Shown here: one piece after another, positions 34,233-46,038 of the stretch
Layout: each line of letters starts with the position of its first letter
Numbering within the stretch: position 1 is the first letter of the stretch
DNA from: a bacterium
GTDB taxonomy: Bacteria; SM23-31
NCBI GenBank assembly: GCA_965249485.1
Contig: OZ252239.1
Span: forward strand, 1,120,001 to 1,184,000
DNA length: 64,000 bases
Direction of reading: 5' to 3'
Position numbers and translations under genes: made by a program
Notes under the pieces: model-generated
Database searches by the model: none
What the model saw: only the letters and a program-made list of their open reading frames with translations
Told to the model about the DNA's origin: nothing

Positions 34233-37200
34233 ATGAATTACTCTATGTAAAATGTAAAAGTAATAGCGGCAGTTCTTTGTATACTCGCGGGTATCAGCAG
34301 TGCTGCCGCACAGCAATTTGTCAACTCCGGCCAGGTACTGCCAGGCCTCTATGCGGGTTCAGCTGATTGGGGAGACCTAAATGAAGACAATACACCCGAT
34401 CTGTTGCTTACCGGCCTCGATGATACGGGAACACCCGTGACATTGATATATGATAACAGTGCAGGGGTGTTAACGCAAGCTTCCAACTCGATAACGGGTG
34501 TCTATTATGGAGAAGCACGGTGGTCGGATTTCGATAATGACGGTGATCTCGATATTTTTGTTATCGGACTTGACAGCGAAGATGATTTGATTGCTGAAAT
34601 CTGGAAGAATCAGAACGGTGCATTTATCAGAGACGACAACCAGACACTCACCGGACTGCGCTATGCGTCAGTGTCGTGGGGTGACTATGATCGTGACGGT
34701 CTGACCGATGCGATTACAACGGGAATGAATAATCTCGGTGAACCGAAAACAATACTCTATCGTAACGAAAAGGTCGGTTTGCAGTATCTCCTGATGGAAG
34801 AATTACTCCAGCCGCTTTTGAACATAGCAAAAGGGAGTGCTTCATTTGGTGACATCGATGATGACGGTGATCTCGATCTTGCAATTTCCGGTTTTGACGC
34901 AACCGGTTTCGCCAATGCGGCTGTATACAAAAATGAACCCTTAGGATTTTTTACCTACGATAACCGAAATTCACCACTCCTGCAGAAATCATCATCCGGT
35001 TCACTTCTATGGTTTGATTCTGACGCTGATGGATTCCAGGATATTCTCCAGACAGGACTCAATTCTGTATGGGAAGCAGAAATCTCTCTCTTTGAAAACG
35101 AACGTGACGGATCGTTATCAGACAATCTCCTCAGCAGTACTACTGATGTTGCCGGAAAAATTCGAGCCGGTGACCTGACGAATGACGGCCTGATAGATGT
35201 TGCTGTATCCGGTAAAAATGAGTCTTCGACACTGTTTGGAACCACGCTTGATGGCCAGCCGGACGGGTCGTTTGATGAAAACCTTCTGAAATTCGGAGGA
35301 GTAAGGGATGGTGATTTAGCACTTGCTGATTACGACAATGATGGAAAACTCGATATTCTTGTAAGTGGTGTTAATAGTTCCGGAGAATTTACGACAATTT
35401 TATACCGGAATTCCACTGCCGGTGCAGGTTCCGTACCGCAGCCGCCCGCCTCGATCGATGCGGCTGTTGTAACGAATGACCGGATCATTCGTAAGCTGGG
35501 ATAAAGGTTCTGACAATCTATCACCGGACAATACTCTCACCTATAATGTGCGGATCGGAAACCAGGGTTCACAAAATGAAATTTTCTCCGGTGTCATTCC
35601 GGTCGGTCCGGGAAATGTCGGATCGCAGCTTCGATTTGCTGTCAACACACAACTCGCAGAAGGGACCTACACGTTCAGTGTCCAGACAGTCAATGTCCAG
35701 TATGAACGATCAGCATGGTCTCAGGAGCAGGTATTCACGGTCGAGCAGTTTGTGAGTTCGCTGCAGAATATTTCCGGATTTCAATTCGCGGCAATGGAGT
35801 GGGGTGATTATGATAATGACGATGATCTCGATCTTGTTACTGCAGGAACCGATGCAAATGGCAACAACAGGACAGTTTTATATATAAATGAAAATGGCAT
35901 TCTCGCAGAAGACCGGACGGTCAACAATAATCTGATCAAATTCAATTACGGCGATTTTTCGTGGGGGGACTACGATAATGACGGCGATCTTGATCTTGCC
36001 TACACCGGATTTTTTGTTCGTGAAAGTGCAACATCGGGTATCTATGTAAATAACAACGGTGTCCTGACAGAGTTAAAAGAACCGTTTACCCCCGTCGGAT
36101 TCGCGTCACTGGACTGGGGGGACAATGACAACGATGGTGACCTCGATTTAGCGGTAATGGGTAAAACATCAATTGGTCCGTTCAGCGCCGAAATTTACCG
36201 AAATGATGACGGTGTATTAACAGAAGATTCAAATCAAAGTTTACTTGGGTATGCGCTTGGAACTTTGCACTGGGTAGACTATGATAACGACGGTGATCTC
36301 GATCTTTCGATTTCAGGGCAATCTTCAAATTTCGACAACAAATTACGGCTGTACAAAAACGATCCGACCGGCACGCTGATCGAAGACAGTGGCAATGCAG
36401 ATTTTCCGGCACTGCCGTCAAGCGATCATGAGTGGGCAGACATCGATGTTGACGGTGATCTTGACTTGATCGTAACAGGGGTCTTTGAGAATCAATTTGA
36501 CGAAACAAGAATTTACCGTAATTTCCCGACCGGTACGTTGACTGAGCAGTCAGTCCTTTCGGCAAATCTGCAGGGAGGTCGGGGTGGCGCCCTCACGGTA
36601 GGTGATTATGATAACGACGGTGATCCTGATTTTGTCGTATCCGCGTTTGATGGCCAATTCTCATTTGCACCACTTCTGAAAATCTATAAAAACAATGGGA
36701 TATCGTATAATGAAGAAATATTAACAGTTTTGCAAGGAAACGGCATTGATTTCAGTTCTGTTTCGCTCATCGATATAGAGGGAGATGGTGACCTTGAGTT
36801 GACAGCAATCGGCAGGAAAAAATTCGATGAATCGACGTTCCTGGCGAGCTCCACCGTCTATGATAATGTTGGTGCCCGGAGCAATCCGAATACGCCACCG
36901 GCACAGGTTACCGGTCTGTCATCACAGGTCAGTAATGGAACTGCAACACTTTCCTGGGATACAACGGTCGATTTTCCGATCGGTGATGCTCTGAGGAACA
37001 ATATGACCTACCAAATCAGAGTCGGTACAACATTCGGTGGTAATGAAATCATTTCGGGTCTTCAAACACCGGGAATCGGAAAATACGGATCGATTACGAG
37101 CAGAACGGTATCCGGCTTGACAAGTGGTGAATTCTTTTGGAGTGTCCGGGCAGTTGATAACGGCCTCGCTGTATCCGAATGGTCAGTGGAAAACAATTTT

Positions 37201-38613
37201 CGTGTCGATACCGATCCACCATCAGTCTCATCGGAGTCGGTAACGGTTACACCCGACTCTACCGGCGTCAATACCGTAACGCTCTTCATAGTAATTGACG
37301 AGAATTTTGAGCTCGATCTCACAGTTGAACCGGATGTAACGGCAACACTGCCGGGAAATGTCTCAGTGCCCGTCGGAAAGTTGTCATACTCGGGTAATAC
37401 GTGGATCGGTGAACTGGATATATTGGAGTCATTTTCAAGTGGGATGGCTTCCGTCAGTGTGTCCAGTGTAACAGATGCTGTCGGAAATGTCATGACGGCA
37501 GCAGTTGATATTAAAGAGTTTTTTGTTGATACCGAGCGCCCACTGGTGGAAACAACTAATCCGCCATTCGTTGCCAATGCAGTCCAGGAGGGAGTGAAAA
37601 CAAACATATCTCTTGAAGCGACTTTCAACGAAACGATAGATCCCGGTTCCGTCGCAAACGATGTATTGAAGCTATTTCTCGGTTCTCAGGAAGTCAGTCC
37701 GAGTTCCGATGTCGTCCTCAGCAGCGATGGTCTCAGCATATCAGCTCTCTATTCAGATCTTGAATCTGAAACAGAGTACCGTGCTGTTGTTGTTTCGACT
37801 ATTCGTGACAGGGTAGGAAATACAATGCAGGGAGATTTTAACTGGCAGTTCAAAACAACACGGGTCCTTTCGGCATCGAGTGGTGGTGAGATCGCAACGG
37901 CAGATAACAGTGTTGTTCTCTTTTTCCCGCCGTAGGCAATTCAGAATGATGTTGCAATAGCGATCGATGTCGTCAATCCTTTTCCGCTTCCCGATGATGT
38001 AACATTTGTGAATATTGCCTATCACATCGGTCCGGAAGACGATCTGGATCTCAACAAACCGACACAACTGACGTTAGCATATAGTGATGAGGATTTATCA
38101 CAAGTCATTAAAGCTGCAGCGAAATTCGGCGCAGCTTTTATTGATGAAACAAAACTTTCGCTTTACCGGCAGGAGAGCAGCAATCCATCGAATTGGGACC
38201 GGATCGGGGGCACCGTCGATGCAGAAAATAATTTTGTAACAGCGTCGGTCGATAAACTCGGTACGTTTGCACTCTTTGAGGATTTAACCGATTCCGCCGG
38301 TGCAGCAGGAATTTCAAATGTATCATTTACACCACGTGTGTTTTCACCAAAGGGATCAGGCAGTTTCAGGACATCAACGAGTGTTAATTATTCACTCGGA
38401 ACGTCAGGAAGTGTATCTATACGAATATTCAATACAGCCGGCCGGCCGGTCAAAAAACTGATCGACAATGCTTCCAGAAATGCAGGACAAAACTCAGAAG
38501 AGTGGGATGGCAGTGATGGCGACGGCAGATTCCTGCCGACAGGATTATATATTGTACATATTAGTGGAAATGGTGCAACCGAGATGAAATCGGTTGCAAT
38601 AGCAAATCAATAA
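34233..38613 (+). CDS. ~1,460 aa secreted protein: two FG-GAP beta-propellers, FN3/Ig domains, FlgD-Ig CTD; interrupted by TAA 34248-50, a frameshift at ~35490 and TAG 37933-35
   Basis: Signal peptide MNYSM*NVKVIAAVLCILAGISSAAA; about 13-14 WGDYDNDGDLD-type repeats; C-terminal RVFSPKG...WDGSDGDG...GLYIV. Confidence 0.8.
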
Positions 38614-38638
38614 ATGTTCATGTGAGATAAATCCGGCA

Positions 38639-40155
38639 ATGAAGAGAAGAGTAACATATATAACAAAAACGATAGCTTTTTCTGTGCTGATCTATTCATC
38701 AGCCGTGAGCCAGCAGGTAACATTTTCGGAGAAGACAAATCAGGCTGGTGTGGTTATGGATTTTTTCTCGCGCTGGTCTACCGGACAGGCATGGTCAGAT
38801 TACGATAACGACGGATTTCTCGATGTCTACATAACTGCATGGGGACAGGCTTCGACAGGACTCGGGCAAAACGCACTATATCAGAATAAGGGCGCAATTT
38901 CTTCCGGCAAAGAGTTCCAAAATATTGCCTCTTCGACAGGAGTCCAACGTTTTGAAAACAGCGTTTCCTCAGCCTGGGCAGATTTTGACAATGACGGTGA
39001 TGAGGACCTCTTTGTTGCTAATTTTTCTGAAGGGGATATTGTTTTCAAAAATCTTTTAACCGAATCCGGCTCTGCAATATTTCTCGATGTCACCTCGTCT
39101 ATGAGTTTTATCAACGAATCGGTTGGCCGGTCAATGGGCGCTGCATGGGGTGACTATAATAATGACGGATTTCTCGACATTTATGTTGCTAAATTCTGGG
39201 GTAGGAATGCTCTCTATCAAAATAACGGCGGAACATCTTTTTCCCTGCTTGACGGAGTTGCAGCAGATATCCGGGACAGCGAATGGGCTGATTGGATCGA
39301 CTATGACGACGATGGCGATGTCGATCTCTATGTCGTGAACCGCGAACAGGAGAACAGACTCTACAGAAATGATGATGGTGAGTTTACCAGTGTATTCGGC
39401 GACCTGAGTAACACAGAGTTCGGCCGGTACAGTGTATGGATCGATTATGATAACAACGGCCTGATCGATTTGTTTCTTGGAAATATCGGAGCCAATTCAC
39501 TCTATAAGCAGGACCCGGCTGGAACATTTACAAATGTTGCCGGATTTTCGGGTGTGCAATCTGCGTCGAATGCCTGGGATACGTGGGGCGCAACCTGGGG
39601 TGATTACGACGGAGATGGGGATCAGGATCTCTTTTTCACAGGCGGTTTTGATGAAATAGCACCTTCGGACGATTTTGCCGGCACGTCAGGTAGTGTCCTT
39701 TTCGAAAATAATAACGGTTCGTTTATAGACAGGACAACGGAAGCGAATATTCTGCGCGGTGCAATAGATTTCAATGCTTCTGAAGATGTTGCGAGCTTTG
39801 CGAGTTCGGCAGCATTTGCTGACTATGACAACGACGGCGATCCTGATCTACTGATTACCAACACCCATCAAAATCTTTTGTTTGAAAACCAGTACAGGGG
39901 AAAGGTTTTGGATTTAATAACAGAAATGGTCTCGGATCAAAAGTACGTGTATATAACGTAAACGATCCAACGACACTCATTGCGGTTCAGGAAATCAGTT
40001 CGGGGCCGGAGCCGCAAATTGCGCAGTTTGCGCTTGACCCGGCAGAAACCTATTTGGTATCGGTAACCTTTTTAAAAAACGGTTCAACACCACCTGTGAC
40101 TGTCTCAGAAACAAATATATCAGTACCGTCTGAAACGGTAGTTATAGAACCGTGA
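38639..40155 (+). CDS. CRTAC1/ASPIC-UnbV family FG-GAP protein (frameshift or short deletion near 39890)
   Basis: Seven DYDNDG-type repeats; the alternative frame after 39890 reads VQGKGFGFNNRNGLGSKVRV...QEISSG...VIEP*. Confidence 0.78.
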
Positions 40156-40186
40156 TGGTCGTAAAGATGTTTTTTAAAGATAATCT

Positions 40187-42533
40187 ATGAAAAAAACGTG
40201 CTCATATATTGCATTGCTCCTGTTACTATTGAGCTCTGCTCCGGTATTCGGACAGGTATCAAAAGTTTCAAACGAAATTGAAGTCGGAGTACGCGCACTT
40301 GGCATGGGTGGAGCCTTCACCGGTGTCGCCAATGATGCAAACGCGCTGTTCTGGAATCCCGCCGGAATCGTTACGCTTCAGCGCCAGGAATTGACCTCGA
40401 TGTACAGCGATCTGTATAAGAACCTTGGCCTGGGGAACAGTTATCTCGGTTATGTGCTCCCGATTGGTGATAATCATGCCTTCGGCGTTGATTGGATGCA
40501 TCTCGGACAAGATGATGACGGTCTCAGTTTCAAACAGGACGTCTTTTCTCTTGCTTATTCGTTACGGCTGCCATGGTGGAATCTCTCCGTCGGTCCGAAA
40601 GTGAAAATGTTGAACGTCGATAACTCCATTGATGGGGTATCCGCAACAAATGCAAGCGGATTGGGATATGATTTTGGCGTTTTGTTCAGTCCTCTTCCCG
40701 GTCTCCGTGTAGGTATTGTTGCAAAGGATATCGGTAATACATCCATTACCCATCAAAACGACCAGACTGAAGAACTCTCACCGCAGAAATTCAGATTTGG
40801 CGCATCGTACACACCGTTTGAAGGTTTCCTTTTGTCTGCTGCAGCAGATGATAGAATCAGGGTTGGTGCAGAGTACTGGCTCCTCAGCTCATTTGCTGTC
40901 CGAGGGGGGTATCAGAAAGAACTTGACATTGTATCCGACATAAGCAGTTCAAACTACTATTCGGGCGGGTTCAGCGCAAAGTATAAGATTGTCCAATTTG
41001 ATTATGCAATAGAAGACCACCCTTATTTACCGGTGACACAGCGTTTTGGCGTCTCATTTACGTTTAATCCTGCGCTTGTATCAATCAGAAGCGCGACGAT
41101 CCGGCCGGTACCGTTATCCAGGTCACTCTACAGGAAATATTCGGATGAAGAGTTTGCCCAGATAATATTGAAAAATTCATCACAGGAACAGCTTCCGATC
41201 CGTGTGCAGCTCGATATTCCGACTGTCACGTCTCAGCCGTACGAGCAGGAACTGATTCTCGATCCGCAGTCGACAAAATCCTATCCGCTCAACATTTCTC
41301 TTTCGAATGAAATTCTTGAAGCGCGCGGCTCCTCATACGACAATCTTGTGTAGCCAATTCTGACAATCAGTTATGAGCAGGATAGAAACATACGTGAAAC
41401 AAGTCAGAATATGGACCCGCTCTATGTTCTCGGCAAGAATAAAATTAGCTGGAGTGTCCCTGAACGTGCCGCTGCATTTATAACACCCGAAGACGAGATT
41501 GTAAACAAGTTTGCGCGCACTATTGTTCAGCAGTACAATGAAGTACTTGTCGATCAGTACAACAATTCAAATCTGGGACGTGCAACGGTGTTGTTCGATG
41601 CGCTCGGAAGACATGGTATCGTCTATCAAGCTGATCAGGCGACACCTTGGTATCTCATTGCATCCGACAGCTCAATATTTGATAACATCCAATACCCGGC
41701 AGAATTGTTAAACAGTAAAATTAGGTGACTGCGACGACTGTACCGTATTGTACGCAAGCCTTCTAGGCAATCTCAACATCGATACAATTCTGCTCGATGT
41801 CGATGCACCCGGAGCGGGACATATTTATCTGATGTTCGATAGTGGTGTTGCGGTTGATGAAGTTGATTCACAACCATTTGACAGGTCGGAAATTGTAATA
41901 CATGAAGACCGTGTTTGGATCCCTGTGGAGACAACGATGTACGGTCACTCATTTACCGCAGCATGGAGAAATGGCGCAGACGAATACCATCTCCGTGAAG
42001 AACAGGGATATATTCATGAAATCGATGTCTCGGCAGCGCTCCAGGTATATCGGGCTGGACAGCCCCTCGTGCAGGATGTTCAGGTCCCGGCACGAGAAAC
42101 GGTAGATGAACTGGTCAATATCGATTTAGACGCTTATGACACACGTATTCAGGAGTTTGCACTGGCCGGTGCAGTTTCGATGGATGATCCCGACGGTGTA
42201 TACGATGCGGGAGCAGCATATTTACGCTTCAACAGATTAAATGATGCAGTCGAATTACTTACAAGAGTCCTCGAACTTCAACCGGACCATGCCGACGCGA
42301 TCAATGCACTCGGTGTTGTGTCTGTACGCCAAGGAAGTTACGATGAAGGTGTTGAATTTTTTAACCGTGCAGCCGAACTCATGCCGAATAACGCTGGTGT
42401 CCGGCTCAATATAGCAATATCACTTTATTTAATGGGAAGACGAGCGGAAGCAGGCGAAGAATACGACCGAGCTGTTGAAATGGACAATACACTCAGGGAT
42501 CTCCTCCAGTTTCTCAATCCTGACGAACGCTAA
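40187..42533 (+). CDS. PorV/UPF0164-like beta-barrel + transglutaminase-like domain + TPR; interrupted by TAG 41351-53 and a frameshift at ~41722
   Basis: GVRALGMGGAFTGVANDANALFWNPAG; GDCDD restored across the frameshift, then GHIYLMFD and WIPVETT; three C-terminal TPRs. Confidence 0.78.
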
Positions 42534-42603
42534 CAGGAACAAAGTTTACTATAACGCAGTATAGTCAAATAGGTTATTATCATATAAAATGGAGGAATTA
42601 ACA

Positions 42604-43113
42604 ATGAATAAAAGAATAGTAATCCTAATTATGAGCATATGCATAATGAGTCTGGTGCTGGCGGGAATAGGCTTTGCTCAGGATACTGAGAAAAAAGCGG
42701 AAGAGCCACAGAAATTCAAAGTATCGGACGACTTTTTGAACTCATGGAAAAAAGTTGGTGATATGACAAAAGAAATCCGGTCATTCAAAACCGAAGCGGC
42801 AGTCACCGTTGCGGGTGTCCGTGGAGCGGAAGCAGAAGATGTAGCACTGAAACATCTCTACTTCAAGGGTGGAGTAAGATATCCGAACAAACTTGAACTC
42901 CTGAATGCTCTTGAAATATTGGTAAGTCATATCGCCGATAATCCGGACGATCCATCGATAGCACAAAGCAAATTTTTAGTCGGGCAGATCAGTGTTCAGA
43001 TTGGTGAATCCGAAAAAGGCCTTGGTGTATTCAATGATATTGCAGATAACCATTCGGACAGCGACTATGCCGAACTCGCATTAGCAGAGATCGAAAAAAT
43101 CGAAAATCGGTAA
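42604..43113 (+). CDS. Small exported protein with a VAGVRG motif and a TPR-like C-terminus
   Basis: RBS GGAGG; signal peptide ending GFA-Q; helical C-terminus. Confidence 0.7.
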   Translation: MNKRIVILIMSICIMSLVLAGIGFAQDTEKKAEEPQKFKVSDDFLNSWKKVGDMTKEIRSFKTEAAVTVAGVRGAEAEDVALKHLYFKGGVRYPNKLELLNALEILVSHIADNPDDPSIAQSKFLVGQISVQIGESEKGLGVFNDIADNHSDSDYAELALAEIEKIENR

Positions 43114-43131
43114 GAATTATTTGATATCTAG

Positions 43132-43163
43132 AAAACCCCGGTTTGTATTAGAGCGGGGTTTTT
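43132..43163 (+). terminator. Intrinsic terminator-like hairpin
   Basis: AAAACCCCG-N13-CGGGGTTTTT. Confidence 0.65.
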
Positions 43164-43195
43164 GCGTCTAAAACGAACCAGATAAGGACCCGTCA

Positions 43196-45931
43196 ATGGC
43201 GGAACAAGAAGGAAAAAAACTAGGTAAATGGCTCATCCAACTCAGTATCGGCATTGTTATTGCCGTATCGATTATAGGTATTAGCTGGATATCGAAGAGA
43301 ACGGAAGCGTTCCCCTTTTTTGAATTAATCGAACTGAGACTCCTCGATCAACGGTTTTTGATTAGAGGTTCTATTCCCATGAACCAGAATGTCGGAACGA
43401 TCGATATCGATGCGCTGACACTCGGTGTCGAAGGCCGGTTTCAGGATTGGACCAGGGATAAATATGCTGCTGTCATCGATGCACTCAGTACAATGAATGC
43501 CCGTATGATCGGATTTGATGTTTTTTTCCCTGAAGCGAGTGCATCTGAAATCATTAAAAAACAAGACTTGCTCGACGCTGAGGTTGAAACTATTGATGAT
43601 GTGCTCGGACTCTTTAAGGATTACGATGAGATTTTGCAAGAATCGATGCTCAAAGCGGGAAATGTATTTCTCGGCCAGGCTTTCGAGATTGCATTAAATC
43701 AGAATGATATTGAATGGATACGCGAAAACACAGCCGAAAAAGATGCAGATAAGCAAAGAACATTAGACTACCTGAAACCGTTTTCGAAGGATTATCCCGA
43801 CTGGCCGAACAGTAAATTAACCTTTTACACCGATATTGAACCACACCGTTCAATGCTTGTTGAATCCTCACGTGGAGTTGGGTACGCTATGACCGTTGCG
43901 GATATAGACGGATCAGTGAGACAGTACCCAGTTATACTGGTATACGATGGAAAAATATGGCCATCACTTGCGCTTGTGATGATACTCGATTATATCGGAG
44001 CGCGGTTTGAAGATGTCGATATAATACCTGGTAAAGAAGTGATCTTGCCGCCCGGTAAACTGCCCGATGGCACGGAAGTGAATATTCGTATTCCGATTAA
44101 TGACAAAGGGTTAATGCTTGTTAACTGGGCAGGTGATTACTTGGATGAGCAATTTATTCATATTCCGCATATTGCTCTTGTGACGAACCAGACTGCCTGG
44201 AGACAAGCCGAAATAGCCGGTATTATTAAAAAGATCTTTTTGGAACTACCGGATGCAGTGAGTGATCCGTCGATATTTATCGAAGAATTTCAGAAAAGTG
44301 GTCTGCCGTTGACCGATGAAGTTGAGTCAGTATTCACGCTGATGCGGTGGGGAAAAATGTTCGAACAGGCTATTGAAGAGGATATGGTTGTCGATGCTGC
44401 AGATTTTCCGGAAGATATTTATAATTTTTACCTCGAACTTGCACGGAACCATAAAATGGCACAGGCATTTGAAGAAAATCCCGCCATTACATTTGAGGAA
44501 ATTAAGGATTCAATTGATGAACGAAATGAGGATGAGATCAGGGGCGGCTATTATGTATTAAAAGATATATATGAACGTGGGGGACTGCAACCCGAAGATT
44601 ATCCGCTCTATTTTTACGAAAGGGAAGTAAATGGTAAAATTCTGCGCAGGGAAGACATCGAAGACAAAGTTTTTATTTACGGATTAACTGCCGCTGGAAC
44701 ACACGATCTGAATCCGATGCCCTACAACCGGCGGTATCCGATGGTCGGGCTCTATGCGAATATTTTTAACACAATTATCTCCCAGAATTTTCTTGATCGG
44801 ATTCCGTTCAGAATAAATGCTCTTATTTCTCTGATACTCGGATTATTGACAGGAATATTTGTCCCGAAGTTTAAACCACTCACCGGAGCACTGCTCATTC
44901 TTGCAGCTCTTGCTGGATTTCTCGTTACTGCTCAGTACCTTTTTCAGGAATCGGGATTATGGATCGATGTCTTTGGCCCTGTTCTGGTCATCGCATTCGG
45001 CTATGCATCAATCACCGTTTACAGCTTCTTCTCCGAGGAAAAAGAGAAAAAGATGATCAGAGGGATTTTTTCACGATATGTAACCAAGTCAGTCGTCGAT
45101 GAATTAATCCAGAATCCCGAAATGGTGAAACTTGGTGGTGAAAAGAAGATTCTGACTGTTTTCTTTTCGGATGTTGCAGGATTTACCTCATTATCAGAGA
45201 TTTTGACTCCGGAAGACCTTGTATCACTGCTGAATGAATATTTGACAGCGATGGCCAATATTATTTTACAATATGACGGCATGGTTGACAAATACGAAGG
45301 TGATGCAATCATGGCGGTCTTCGGTACACCAATATTTTTTGAAAATCACGCTATCAGAGCGTGTTATGTTTCTTTGGAAATGCAGGTTGAACTGCAACGG
45401 CTGCGAGATCAATGGAAAGCGGAGGGGAAGCCCGAATTATATGTACGGATTGGCCTGAACACCGGACCGATGGTTGCCGGAAATATGGGTTCAGTGGACA
45501 GGCTCGATTACACGGTGATGGGGGATAGTGTTAACTTGGGATCACGGCTCGAAGGGGCAAATAAACAGTATAACACCTACATAATGATAAGTGAGTTTAC
45601 ACTTGAAGCGGCAAAAGATGCAATTGAAGTCCGGTTTCTCGATTCACTCAAGGTAAAAGGGAAGCAGCAGCCAGTCAAGGTATATGAACTCCTCGGTCGG
45701 AAAGACAACGGTCTTCCTGATGATATGATAAAAGTAAAAGACCTGTACGAACGTGGCATCGAAAAATATCTTTCTCAGGATTGGGATAGTGGGATGGAAT
45801 TATTCAAACAGGCACTGTCGGTATTGCCGGATGACGGTCCGTCAACCGTTTATATTGAGCGGTGTCAGGCATATAAGGAAAATCCACCTCCCAAAGATTG
45901 GGACGGTGTCTTTACAATGGTGACGAAATAA
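43196..45931 (+). CDS. CHASE2-domain class III adenylate cyclase with a C-terminal TPR-like region
   Basis: N-terminal TM; CHASE2 motifs (IDID, IGFDVFF, DIDGSVR); 3 TMs; FSDVAGFT, DKYEGDA and YTVMGDSVNLGSRLEG, with Lys/Thr typical of ATP specificity. Confidence 0.93.
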   Translation: MAEQEGKKLGKWLIQLSIGIVIAVSIIGISWISKRTEAFPFFELIELRLLDQRFLIRGSIPMNQNVGTIDIDALTLGVEGRFQDWTRDKYAAVIDALSTMNARMIGFDVFFPEASASEIIKKQDLLDAEVETIDDVLGLFKDYDEILQESMLKAGNVFLGQAFEIALNQNDIEWIRENTAEKDADKQRTLDYLKPFSKDYPDWPNSKLTFYTDIEPHRSMLVESSRGVGYAMTVADIDGSVRQYPVILVYDGKIWPSLALVMILDYIGARFEDVDIIPGKEVILPPGKLPDGTEVNIRIPINDKGLMLVNWAGDYLDEQFIHIPHIALVTNQTAWRQAEIAGIIKKIFLELPDAVSDPSIFIEEFQKSGLPLTDEVESVFTLMRWGKMFEQAIEEDMVVDAADFPEDIYNFYLELARNHKMAQAFEENPAITFEEIKDSIDERNEDEIRGGYYVLKDIYERGGLQPEDYPLYFYEREVNGKILRREDIEDKVFIYGLTAAGTHDLNPMPYNRRYPMVGLYANIFNTIISQNFLDRIPFRINALISLILGLLTGIFVPKFKPLTGALLILAALAGFLVTAQYLFQESGLWIDVFGPVLVIAFGYASITVYSFFSEEKEKKMIRGIFSRYVTKSVVDELIQNPEMVKLGGEKKILTVFFSDVAGFTSLSEILTPEDLVSLLNEYLTAMANIILQYDGMVDKYEGDAIMAVFGTPIFFENHAIRACYVSLEMQVELQRLRDQWKAEGKPELYVRIGLNTGPMVAGNMGSVDRLDYTVMGDSVNLGSRLEGANKQYNTYIMISEFTLEAAKDAIEVRFLDSLKVKGKQQPVKVYELLGRKDNGLPDDMIKVKDLYERGIEKYLSQDWDSGMELFKQALSVLPDDGPSTVYIERCQAYKENPPPKDWDGVFTMVTK

Positions 45932-45979
45932 TTTTCATAAATGATACCGTCTTGCAGTATCATATATACTATTGCATAT

Positions 45980-46015
45980 AAAAAAAGAGGCTCATTTCGA
46001 GGAGTCTCTTTTTTT
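45980..46015. terminator. Bidirectional terminator between the cyclase and rplI
   Basis: A7-GAGGCTC-N8-GAGTCTC-T7 between convergent genes. Confidence 0.8.
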
Positions 46016-46038
46016 ATAGAAAATTGTTAGGTTACGGT

